A stretch of DNA of 64,000 nt from positions 1,054,001-1,118,000 of the forward strand of contig CBFFRQ010000018.1 in assembly GCA_965644315.1 (NCBI GenBank). The letters are read 5' to 3'. Below the pieces are notes generated by a model that was not told the DNA's origin, did not search any database, and saw only the letters and a list, made by a program, of their open reading frames with translations. A program made the position numbers and the translations under genes. Origin of the DNA: Caecitellus pseudoparvulus. Lineage: Eukaryota > Protista > Bigyra: Bicosoecida. Below are positions 1-10,600 of the stretch, in pieces (position 1 is the first letter of the stretch; every line of letters starts with the position of its first letter).

Positions 1-52
1 AGAGTGGAGGCGTCAATCCCAGGCCTCACTGAGCCATCGGGGTGGTACTCAC

Positions 53-644
53 AATGTGCCCATACTGCACCAGTTCTTCTGCGCTCAGCACGGTGCAGTC
101 TAGCACTGGCAAGTTGGTGTACCTGCGTCACACGGGCGGGGGTGTGCTGCGGAAATCGAACCGAGCCTGCGCCCCTGCACACTTACGACCGTCCCTGCCG
201 AACAGCGGAGGAGGACGAGAACTCGCAAGTGAGGTCCACGACATGCTTGACCTGCTTAGGAAACTCAGTCGCGTAGTCTATCGGGTACCGCCCCACATAG
301 ATGCCGTCTGCCACTTCTTCATACGGGTTCTCAAGCCGATCCAGCACCAGGCGGTGTCGCAGGTACCAAACCGTCCACATCGGAAGCAAGAAGGGCGCCA
401 TGAAAATGCGCAGGGCCCACGGCACCTGCCCAGTGTTGGGATCCTTGCAGAAGAAGCTGTGGGGGTTGCTGCTCCAGGGCAGGAAGTACAGCACGGCGAT
501 GATGGCATACACAATGCCAGGCCACAGTGCCGCACACCACACGAAGGGCAGTGGCGTGAGGGCCAGCACTGGCATGGCCACACCAGCCCCGAGGAAGGCC
601 AGAGCCAGAAAAGTGAACACGATGCGGTACGTCGTCACACCCAT
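53..644 (-). CDS. Membrane-anchored dual-specificity phosphatase-like protein (YnbD C-terminal-like); 3' part runs off the window edge
   Basis: Three hydrophobic segments are followed by the DSP N-lobe motifs EVADGIYVGRYP and VVDLTCEF. A GT-AG intron (186..123) joins in frame to YTNLPVLDCT, and another donor follows at 52. The catalytic HCx5R motif is not visible in the window. Confidence 0.7.
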
Positions 645-867
645 GCTGGTTGGAAGGTGCGCTCGGATGCAGGGCCTGGAGCTGACGGGGTTTCCTGTCG
701 CCTGACCACGCCAACGGTGCTCTGCCAGGAACTCTCCTGGCCCGAGCAGTCTACGAAAGGAATGCCCCAGCCAAGACTGGCACCCGAGCGTAAACTGCAG
801 GGGCCATCAGCGGCAGAGGCTGGTGCGTTGAATGTGGCGTTGGGGTGCATTTGTACAGGCAGCTTGC

Positions 868-3207
868 CTACATGTCCAAGTCGTCAAAGTCGTCCTCCTC
901 GTCATCGGACAAGTCCGCGCCCGGCGCAATGACGAACATGCCAGGGCGCTGCGCCTTGGCCTTGGGCGGTGCCTGTTCTTCCCCTTCGCGGCTTCGCTTG
1001 GACCCGCCCACTGCAGCAGCAGCGGAAGCCTCCTCCTCCTCCTCCTGCGCCTCGCCGTCTGCGGCGTCCTCGCCCATGGTGACGACCATGGACTTGAGCT
1101 CCTCCCCGGCAGCTGACGGCGCCTCTGGCTTCTCGGGCGGGCGCACGTAGAACGGCAGCTTGCCCCTCTGGAAGTCGTTGATGAGGTTGCGCGCGGTGAT
1201 GGTGGTGTCGGGGTCGCCACCCTTGCGCAGCTTGCCCAGCCGCTTCCCCACCGCCTCCAGGAACCCCATGTGGTCCACGTGGGTGATGCGCCCGCCCACA
1301 GGCAAGTAGTGGCTGCCGTCAAACGTCTCCCCTGGCTCCAGGCGCAGCTGCCACCTGCCAGTGTACCCCCCCGCTGACTCGGGCCCCTGGCTGTGCTGCA
1401 GTGCCCGCCCCGCACCCTTGGGCTGTGTCATGCTGGCAGCGACAGGGACGCCCTCGGGACCAGAGGGCAGCACGGGCGCCGTGGCATCTGTGCCGGCACT
1501 GGGCGTGCCACTGGGCAGCTCGGCGCCTTCATAGGCGCTGGCTGCCTCGGGGTGGTCGGCGAGCAGGGCCGCCAGGGCACGCTGGGATGCCGTGGGGCCA
1601 CTGGGCGCGCCGGAGGCAGCCTTGTCCCCAGGTCCAGCAGCAGCATCATCACTGCCACTGCCCTCCCCACCCTCCGCACTGTCCTCCCCGTCCTCTGGCG
1701 CGAAGGTGAAGTACTTGGCGGCGTTCACGCCGTACGTGCGGGAGAGGAACTCGGGGCGTACCCGGCGCATGAGCTCCGGGATGTGGTCTTCCGGCGCATC
1801 CAGGCGCTCGGAGCGGATGACACCCTTCAGCACGATGTCCGCCTCGCTGTCCCCTGACGGGATGACGACACCGGGGCAGTCGATGAGGAAGACACGGCGC
1901 ATGAGGGTGATGTACTGCCACACCTTGGTCTCGCCAGGCACCGGCGCCACCTTGCACACCTTCTTGCCCTTGACGGCGTTGATGACGCTGCTCTTGCCGA
2001 CGTTGGGGTACCCGATGAGCCCCACGCTGATCTGCTTCTTCTCCTCGTGCAGGCTGCTGAACTGCCGCAGCAGCGCGATGAGGTTGCCCTTCCCGAACGG
2101 GTTCGTCATGCTGGCGTGGAAGGCCAGCGTGGGGTACTCCCGGGACAGCACCGCCACCCACTTCTTGACGGCCCAGTTGGGCACCAGGTCGCACTTGTTC
2201 AGTACGAAGATGAGCTGCTTGTGGCGGGCGTGCGTCTTCAGGTGGTGCTCCACGCGGTACGACCGCGTGCCCACGGGGTCCCGTGCATCCAGCACCTGCA
2301 GCACGACATCTGAGCTGTCCAGGACCTTGTACAGCTCCGCCCAGATGCGGCGGGACTGCCCTGCGTCGAAGGCCCAGTGCCGCACCGCTGTCAGCTCCGT
2401 GGACCGGTCTGTCACGCCCAGGCTGTCCCAGGCCCCCTCCAGATCGGCGCTGAGGGCTGCCGCGTCCAGGGTCTCCCCACCACTGGCTTTCGACTCGGCT
2501 GCTGCGGCTGCATCCCCTGCTGTGCCACTCTCAGGGTTGCTGGCGGCGCCCACCTGCACCGCCGAGCCAGCCCCCGCAAACACCGCCGGCATGCGCTTCT
2601 TGATGTACTGCGTGCGCACGTCTGTGGCAGAGGCGGCGAGAGACGCCAGGTCTGTGACGTGCTCGCTCAGCTTGGGGCGCTTGCGGCGCTTGTTCTTGCC
2701 AAACGTTGCCTGGAACGTCTCGGCGCTGAGGAGGTTCAGCTTGGCGGCTTTTTCCGAGTCGGTGAGCAGGCCCATGGGCAGCGTCTTGGTGCGGAGGACC
2801 ATGGAGTAGGGATCGGACAGTCGCTTCTTCATCTCGTCGCGGAACGTGTCCAGCTCGCCCTGGCCCACGACGCGTGTGTTGCCGAACCAGCGACGGTCCG
2901 GCTGCACTCGCCCGCTTTCGGCCGTCAGGTCCTGGTTCCCTGCTTGCGTGCGCGACATGAAAGTCCCACCAATGATCTTGCCATCTCGGTTGCGAATGGC
3001 CTTGCCCTGCCGGTACATGTTCAGCCTGCTCGTGGGGGCGCGGGGGCGAGTGCAGGGAGGCACGGCGTTTCACTCGCGTTCCGGGCCTGCGCCGCACCTG
3101 TTGATTGTTGAGCGGTCTCGGCGGAACTTGTCGCCCTTGTCCTTCACTCGGTCAGGGTTATCTGCCGAGGCTCCCTTGCGGAAGCCATGGCGACCGCGCC
3201 CACTCAT
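868..3207 (-). CDS. NOG2: Nucleolar GTP-binding protein 2 (NOG2/GNL2)
   Basis: Exon 1 (3207..3098, MSGRGRHG...NPDRVK...RSTINR) splices via a 72-nt intron to LNMYRQGK. It has the NGP1NT motif [34 protein letters not shown]4 NKCD, G1 GYPNVGKSS and G3 DCPG in circularly permuted order. Confidence 0.96.
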
Positions 3208-3471
3208 GGTGCTGAGATGGGAACTCGCAGCTGCACCCTGGCGTTTCACGCAGACACTCGCCTGCCGAACACGCCCACTCGCCAGCAGCGCCTGTGAGTC
3301 GCAGGTGTGCAGTTCGGAACAAATACGTGAAACACACTGTTGTGTGCTGCACTTTGTTTTAGTGTATCGCTGTGCCTGTCGGCTTGCTCGGCAGGGAGCA
3401 CCCCAGCAGCCTTCGCATACAATCCGTGCTCAGCGTCCCTCGCGGAAATTGCTTGCTGGCACTGTCACCCA

Positions 3472-6400
3472 ATGCTGGCTGCCTGCCGTCGCCTGGCGGG
3501 CCTGTGCACCCATGGTGCACACGGCGGGCGAGCGTCCCGCCTTGCCACATCAGCGACATCACAGTTCCTGACAAAGCCTCCATCCAGCGCTGCTGCGGCA
3601 CCTCCCAAACGTGGTGGCGGCAAGCCGCGAAGCAGCGCCTGGACTGCGGAGCCTGGTGCCTCATCGCCAGGCCAGGGCACTGCAGGAGCGACACCCATGG
3701 AATCTGACATGTCTTCCGGCGTGCATGTGCCCCAGTACCGCCCCGCCACCAAGCTGGAGGCGGGCTTCGTCCATGCCACAGACCGGGACATGCTGGTGCA
3801 GCACGCCATGCTGCCCCTCGCACGGTCCCAGCCGGCGCAGGCCCTGGCGGCGGCACAGTTCGGCATCCCGCAGGAGAAGTGGGAGTCAGCAGTGTCGCGC
3901 CTGCAGCACACACTGTGCACAGAGCCCTGGCAGGTCATGGACAGCTCAGCCCAGTTCCATGCATTCCTCTCCCGGTGCAACCTGGCCGACCCCGCGTCCA
4001 CTGCGGAGCACTGCCTGGAGCTGGTGCCCATGGTGGCGGCAGTGCAGCCACAAGCTACCAAGCCGCCAGCAGCTGCCGCGTCGCGTCAGGCGGCAGGAAG
4101 GGCGGGGCACCGTAGCAGCCCCAGTGCCGCCTATGCCACCCGCAGCTCCGTGGCCAAGGGCGACCTGGCGCAGACCGACACGGAGGCCATTGTGGCTCGC
4201 GTCCGCCCCCTGTACCACAACACGCGCGCCATGGAGCTAGCTGACGCCCAGTTCAGCATTGGCCCTGCCCTGTGGGTGCGGGCCGTCGCCAAGCTGCGAC
4301 GGGTGCTGTGCTCGGACCCCAAGGCGCTGTGGTTTGAAGATGGGCACGCGACAGCCCAGCCGGCGCCGGCAGCCCCCGCGGCAGGTGCTCCCAAACCTGT
4401 CTTCTCGGCCTGGCTCAACAAGCCCGCGGCGTCTCCTGCACCCGCACCTGCCTCCACACCCGCTGCTCCGTCGCCACCTGCGGCTCCGCTGCCGCTCACG
4501 CCTGGCGCGGCACTGCCCCGTACTATGACCAGCGTGAAGGCAGCGGTGGCAGCTCTGACGCAGCAAGCGCAGGACTCAGCAGCGGCAGCTGCCGTGCGCG
4601 ACATTTCTTCCACTGCGGGGCTGCTGCTTACCCCGGCGCCGTTTGCCGCACAGGCCGCCGCTGGCAGTGGCCAGGCAGTCGGAACGCGGACCTCCTTCCT
4701 CCCACCCGCGAATGCCCCCGCGCAGTGGAGCAGTCTGCAGGCCGCCCAGGACACATGGCAGGCGTTTCTTGCCCGTGGCGCTGCTATGGCTGCCAACGCC
4801 AACAACCTACCGACAGGCAAGAGCGCCCGAGCCCGGGAGGCCCGTGCTGACGCGGAGGCGGCTGCTTCCCAGGCCTGCCTGGACATGATCCCCCTTGTCG
4901 CGCGCACGGCAGAGGTGTTCATGCCGGAGGAGGTGGCCCTGGCGCGGAAAATGCGCAGCAGCGCCGACCTCCGAGCCACGCATGAGTGGTACCCCGTCGC
5001 CCGCAGCGTGAAGCGCAGGGTCGTCTTCCACGCCGGGCCCACGAACAGCGGCAAGACGTACCACGCGCTGCAGGCACTGAAGGGCGTGCAGCAGGGCGTG
5101 TATGCGGGGCCGCTGCGCCTGCTGGCGCTGGAGGTGTACGAGACGCTGAACCGCGACGGCGTCATCGCCAACTTGCTCACGGGGCAGGAGCGCTCCGTCA
5201 TGCCCTTCGCCACGCACATGGCCTGCACGGTGGAGATGGCCCCCACTGAGGAGCTCCTGGACTGCGCCGTGCTGGACGAGGTGCAGTTGCTGGCGGACCC
5301 GCAGCGGGGCTGGGCCTGGACGCGGGCGTACATGGGCCTGGCTGCCAAGGAGCTGCACGTGTGCGGGGAGCCGGCCGCTCTGCCTGCCGTGCAGGCACTG
5401 GCGGACATGTGTGGGGACACGGTGGAAGTGGCGCAGTACAGCCGCCTGACGCCTTTGCGCGTGGAGGAGCGGTCGCTGGAGGGAGACCTGCGCCGCATCC
5501 AGCCAGGGGACGCCGTCATCGCCTTCAACCGGCGCAGCATCTACTCCCTGCGGGAGGAGATCGAGGCCTGCACGCCGTACAAGTGCGCCGTCGTGTACGG
5601 CAGCCTGCCCCCCGAGACGAGGTCCAAGCAGGCCGCACGCTTCAACGACCCCGACTCGGATGCCCAGGTGCTGGTGGCGACAGACGCAGTGGGCATGGGC
5701 ATGAACTTGAACATCAAGCGTGTCGTGTTCCACGCCATGGAGAAGTTCAAGTACCACGTCGGCGGCACGGCGCCGTTGTCACCTGCGGACGTCAAGCAGA
5801 TCGCCGGGCGTGCGGGGCGGGCGCGCTCCGCCTTCAAAGACGGCTCCGTCACCACCCTGCACGAGGAAGACATGCCCTTCTTGCGGGAGGCCATGGCAGC
5901 AGAGGCGCCGGCCATCACCCACGCTGGGCAGTTCCCCGGCGAGGAGCAGTTGCTAGCCTTCTCCGCCCTCCTGCCCCCCGAGACGCCCCTGGACAAGCTC
6001 CTCGTGGCGTTCATGGATGCGTCCCAGGTGCAGTCTGACTTCTTCTTCATGTGCCGGCACGAGGAGGTGGTGGAGACGGCCCGCGCCCTGCACGAAGTGC
6101 CTGGCCTGACGCTCTCAGAGCGCATCCAGCTGTGTGCAGCGCCTGTCAAGCTGCGCCAGCACGAGCCCCGGGTGGCCTTCCTGGAGGCTGTGCGTGCCAT
6201 TGCAGCCCGCACCGCCATGCCCATGGAGGTGCAGCTGCCCCTCGCCGCCGTGCAGCTGCTGCAGGAGGCGGCGCAGGGCGGCGTCCGGTCCCCACGTGTG
6301 GTGCAGCACGCACAGCAGCTGGACTTCGAGGTGCTGGAGGGGCGGGCTGCCATCGTGGACTTGTACATCTGGCTGGCGTACCGCTTCCCCCGCGCCTTCC

Positions 6401-6585
6401 CCGACCTGGAGCGCGCGACGCAGTTGAGGTCCCAAGTCTGCGACGCCATCGACGTCGGCCTGGCGGCGCTGTCCACTGTGTGGGCACGCAGGCGGCAGAG
6501 GCGGTCACAAGGCGCCAGTCAGGGTCGTCGGAGGGCGCCCCCATCACCCCAGCGGCCCGGCGGCCGGAGGCAGGCGCGCAAGTAG
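3472..6585 (+). CDS. SUV3: Mitochondrial ATP-dependent RNA helicase SUV3
   Basis: Motifs HAGPTNSGKTYHAL, GPLRLLALEV, CTVEM, DEVQ, RGWAWTRA, VYGSLPPETR, ATDAVGMGMNLNIKRV, KQIAGRAGR and LYIWLAYRFP. The ATG at 3472 starts an Arg/Ala/Ser-rich presequence-like stretch. Confidence 0.95.
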   Translation: MLAACRRLAGLCTHGAHGGRASRLATSATSQFLTKPPSSAAAAPPKRGGGKPRSSAWTAEPGASSPGQGTAGATPMESDMSSGVHVPQYRPATKLEAGFVHATDRDMLVQHAMLPLARSQPAQALAAAQFGIPQEKWESAVSRLQHTLCTEPWQVMDSSAQFHAFLSRCNLADPASTAEHCLELVPMVAAVQPQATKPPAAAASRQAAGRAGHRSSPSAAYATRSSVAKGDLAQTDTEAIVARVRPLYHNTRAMELADAQFSIGPALWVRAVAKLRRVLCSDPKALWFEDGHATAQPAPAAPAAGAPKPVFSAWLNKPAASPAPAPASTPAAPSPPAAPLPLTPGAALPRTMTSVKAAVAALTQQAQDSAAAAAVRDISSTAGLLLTPAPFAAQAAAGSGQAVGTRTSFLPPANAPAQWSSLQAAQDTWQAFLARGAAMAANANNLPTGKSARAREARADAEAAASQACLDMIPLVARTAEVFMPEEVALARKMRSSADLRATHEWYPVARSVKRRVVFHAGPTNSGKTYHALQALKGVQQGVYAGPLRLLALEVYETLNRDGVIANLLTGQERSVMPFATHMACTVEMAPTEELLDCAVLDEVQLLADPQRGWAWTRAYMGLAAKELHVCGEPAALPAVQALADMCGDTVEVAQYSRLTPLRVEERSLEGDLRRIQPGDAVIAFNRRSIYSLREEIEACTPYKCAVVYGSLPPETRSKQAARFNDPDSDAQVLVATDAVGMGMNLNIKRVVFHAMEKFKYHVGGTAPLSPADVKQIAGRAGRARSAFKDGSVTTLHEEDMPFLREAMAAEAPAITHAGQFPGEEQLLAFSALLPPETPLDKLLVAFMDASQVQSDFFFMCRHEEVVETARALHEVPGLTLSERIQLCAAPVKLRQHEPRVAFLEAVRAIAARTAMPMEVQLPLAAVQLLQEAAQGGVRSPRVVQHAQQLDFEVLEGRAAIVDLYIWLAYRFPRAFPDLERATQLRSQVCDAIDVGLAALSTVWARRRQRRSQGASQGRRRAPPSPQRPGGRRQARK

Positions 6586-7500
6586 CCCCCCGGCTGTGGC
6601 GGCAGCCTGCCCCTCCCAGGGGCCGCAGATGACAGCTAGGGGCTGCGCGCCGTGGCGTGTGGCCATGCTAGCGATGTTGCTGCTGAAGGCTGCGCGGGGG
6701 GCGGGGGCAGCCTCCGCATGAGGCAAGGGTAGTGCCGCCACGAACACGGCGTGCTGGGCACAGGCCCCGTCTGCCTGCGAACTGAAGCTGCTCGGCACTG
6801 CCGCACGCAAGTGCTGTGTGCCTAGCTCTGCTGGAAGCACCCAGCTTGCGCCTTGAGGCAGCAAGGGCTCGGCTGACTTTGTCGGTCGGCCGTGAGCGGC
6901 AGCTGCCTGCGAGACAGAGCTGCCAGATACGTGCACAGCAGCACGCCCACTTGCATCAGGATCAGGAGGGAGCGCCAGCATCAGCCTCCGAGGCCCATGC
7001 GCTTGGCCTCCCGCTTTGGCGTGCAGGAAGTGGCATGCCCCTGCCAGAGAGGCCCCGGAGTCGCCTTGGTCAGGCTTGGGCTTGGAGCCAGCCTTGCTCT
7101 CGAGGTACCCCTTCACACTCTCCCAGTCCATCCCTAGCGCTGAATACATGTCATGGATGTGAATCTCCACCTCTGTATCCCACATGGCTTCCTCCTCCGT
7201 TGCAGCCTCCTCAAGACTGTGGCATTCAGCGCGCAACGCCGCCTCGGCGTTTCGCAGCTGTTTCAGTAGCTCTTCTTCGTCGGCCCCGCTGTCGCCACCC
7301 ACGGGGGTACCTGCGAAAGAATCAACCTCTTCTTGGGGGCATAAGGTAACTTTCGTGGCTTGCCTCGAAGGTGGGCTCCCCTTCGCTTCTACTGTCGCTG
7401 CAACAGCGACAGCCGGCTGCAGCGAGGACCAGCACTGCTCTGCGCTTTGGGCAATGCGCTCCTCCAACACCCGTCGGCGAATGTCACCAGCGCTTGCCAT
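6544..7500 (-). CDS. Hypothetical protein with an acidic coiled-coil segment
   Basis: Long ORF with a likely start at MASAGDIRRR. No family recognised. Its 3' end overlaps the SUV3 stop. Confidence 0.5.
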   Translation of the reverse strand: MASAGDIRRRVLEERIAQSAEQCWSSLQPAVAVAATVEAKGSPPSRQATKVTLCPQEEVDSFAGTPVGGDSGADEEELLKQLRNAEAALRAECHSLEEAATEEEAMWDTEVEIHIHDMYSALGMDWESVKGYLESKAGSKPKPDQGDSGASLAGACHFLHAKAGGQAHGPRRLMLALPPDPDASGRAAVHVSGSSVSQAAAAHGRPTKSAEPLLPQGASWVLPAELGTQHLRAAVPSSFSSQADGACAQHAVFVAALPLPHAEAAPAPRAAFSSNIASMATRHGAQPLAVICGPWEGQAAATAGGLLARLPPAAGPLG

Positions 7501-7632
7501 GATGCAGCCCACCCCTGGCTTCGGGCAATCAAATGGAAGGATCTGTGTTGCATTTCTTGTGCGTGGGATTTGCCGTGCGTACACCTGTCCAGAGGGAGCT
7601 TCCAGGTCAGGTGAACGACACCACAGCACACC

Positions 7633-10600
7633 TCACTCACTGTCCGCCTGCTCAAACTGTCGACGTAGAAAGCCCAGCATGCCTCGAGCTTGATCAAGCT
7701 GTGGGTCTGCAGCTTGACCCGGCTGCGTGTCCGCACAGGCCCACATGTCCTCTTCGGAATCCGGCACCACTTCGTCCTCGGAGAAGTAGTCAGTTTCCTC
7801 TTCCATCTCATGCTCGTACACGAACTCAATTGGCCGCGCAGCACAAGGCGGATGCGGTCCACCTCGTCCAGGAAGCAGTATGTGATTTTCTCGGATTAAG
7901 CTTCGCAAGGTTGGCAGCCTCGCAGGCCGCATCCTCGGCCGTCGACGCCTGTTCCCGTGTACGTGGCTGCTGTTCACAAAGTCCCAATTCGCGCGATGTG
8001 CCACAGCTCTGTACAATTCAGCGGCCCGGGCCATGGCAGGGCCATGCTGCACTTCAATTTCAGTCAAGCTCATGTCGTGGGTGAGGGGCGCAGCATCTGA
8101 GAAGGGCGGTGCCCACTGCGGCATGTGCGTGTCCGCTTGCGCACCGTACTTGGACATGACCAATGCAAACTCAGCCGTGCTAGTGTACTGCATGTTGGTT
8201 GCGACCCGAGGACACCCTGTCCCTGCGGCAAGCCTCGCCCATGCTAGCAGGTCTTCAGCAGACAAGTTGACCACAGTCAAGGACAGTGACTTCATGCCCG
8301 GCCACGCACCACCTGCGGCGAGCTGCAGCACAGTGGACGTTGCTGTGCCAAGGCGCGACGTCACGATTACCCGCAGCGCGCGTGACATTTCGAATGCCGT
8401 TGTCCTAATGGAGCAATCGCTGCGTGGGAATCCAGCAGCCAGGCCAAGCAGCCAGTCCAGGCCACCGCACCACTTGCGCGCCAAGCCACTCACGGGGTTA
8501 CCACCGGCATCCCGAGCGTCCAGGCAAGCAATGTGCGCCTCCAGAAGCTCAAAGGCGTCGCAGGACCATCCACCATCCAGCACCGGCTGCGTCAAGGCGT
8601 ACTCCCAAACCTTCTTGAAGTGAAAGTGGCGCTCGGTCGCAGCAGGCCCAACGCTCTTCCTATACTTGAACTCATCCACGCTTTCCCGCCTCACTTGAAT
8701 CAGGGGTGCAAGGTGCAGCTCTCTCAGCATGGACAAGGCCTGGCACAAATCCACGAGGGTGGACTGCCCGAGCCACCCTAGTGGAACATCTGTCAGCCGC
8801 AAGGACTCGCAGGCTTGCAAACATGGTGCTGTTGAGAGCGCCTGCCAAAGCTCGGCGGCAGCGGCGTCAGACGCTCGGATGCCAGGGCTCACAGCGGACG
8901 ATGCATCCACCTCAAGCCTAGAGACCGAGGCATCGGTGCCTTGCCTGTGCAAGCATGCTGCGAGTGCAGCCATCTCACGTGGCGAGGGCGACAGATGAAG
9001 ACAAAGCGATGCTCCCTTGTCCAGTGCCAAGGCTGAGAAGAAGCTGTCCAGCTGAACCAAGACCTCATCTGGTGGGCACAGCGGAGCGCCATCTGGTGCG
9101 CACGAGTCAAAGGTCCAAGATCCCTGAAGCTTCGGGGACAGGCTCTCGCAGCACGTGAACTCCACGTGGGACAGCAGCCCCGCACTGGCTGCCACCTCCC
9201 CCAGCGCAGCTGAGACGTCGGCAGCGTGGTCCTTGTCTTGCCGGGCAAACGTGATGTGCAAAGAGCGCAGAGTAGCCGCATGTCTAAGCACGGCTCCATG
9301 CAGTGCCATGGCAGACTCCACGCTGGTCACAGTTCCCTCCAGATGGGTGAGCGACCCGGCCGCGGCAGCTTCCGCGCCTTTGCAGGCGCTCAGCGCTGCG
9401 AAGTAGAGAGCATCCTCGAATTCAGCACCTCGCATTGCCTTAACAAACGGGTCTGCAGGAAGGGACAGCGTTCTCAAATGCGTGCGTGGGATTGTTGCCG
9501 TAATCCCCGCCAGGGCATCTTGGAACTGGCTGCTCCACACCTGGAGCGGAGTGGACGCAGGCGCAGCAGGGTCAAGCCCCCCGCCTTCCGCCGGAAAACG
9601 GTCGCCCCACCAGTCCACGAAGAAGGATTTCGTCGCCGGGCGTGGCTCAGCGAACACCTCTGCCCAAGCACCACTCAGCTCAACGACGCAGGACTTGATG
9701 TTCACGAACGTTGGGGCTGCAGTCCGCACAGCAGCCAGAACACCGAGGGAATCGCACGATATCTCCAACTCTTCAATGTGAGGACCCAGAGAGCACAAGA
9801 GCTGCTCAACTTGGGCAGAAAACGCTGAGGTCAGCTCACGAGCTTGGTCAAGCCCCATCATGGCCTGAACCTCAAGCGGCTGTGCGGGCCTGCCCGCATC
9901 ACCTGCTGGGGCCCCCCTCCGCCTCTTGGCGCTCTCTTGCGCACGCGCGACGGTGTCGGAGTTCCACGGACACTCCAACCGCAACGACAAGGATTTCAGC
10001 CTTGTGCAAGCGCTGATTGCCTGCAGCAGGGCACCGTCAGGGACGAGTGCTGCATGCATGGGAATGGACACGGAAAGGCGCTGCAAGTGGCTCGCATGTT
10101 GGTGCACTGCTTGAGTGGTTGCGTGCAGTGTGCCTTGCAGCGCCTCAGCCACGTGAATGCCGTCGTCAGTCAAATTTGCATGCCAGGTGACAGTCATGGA
10201 GCGCAGCTGGCTGCACATAAGTGGGGGGAAGGTTTCGGGCCGATCAGGATCGGGGAAGAATGGAGAGCTTGGCTTGGAGTACGCCCCCTCCTGCTCGTGG
10301 CCAAACTCGGTGCACATGACGAATGGTGGGTCGTGCTCTGGCCGGGTGCGGCGCAGCAGGTCATAAATGCACACCTGGCCGACCTGCGTGCTGTGCATGT
10401 TCTCAGTGGGATTCGACAGCACTCTGCAGGGCCTTGACACCACACACACTACCGTGGTCAACTCTCGCAGGCTGGTCCTGTGTCTGTGCAGCAGCAGCAA
10501 GGCTGGGAGGAATGGCGAAGGCAGCGCCAAGTTCCACACAAGCACCGTGCTCTTGAGCCGGGAGGCGCGGTCGGGTTCCAGGTAAGGCTCGTGTAGGAAA

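Noticed and set aside
3442-3451. GCGGAAATT as a promoter motif
   Set aside because: It also occurs in coding and intronic sequence (about 12134 and 63614), so specificity cannot be supported.
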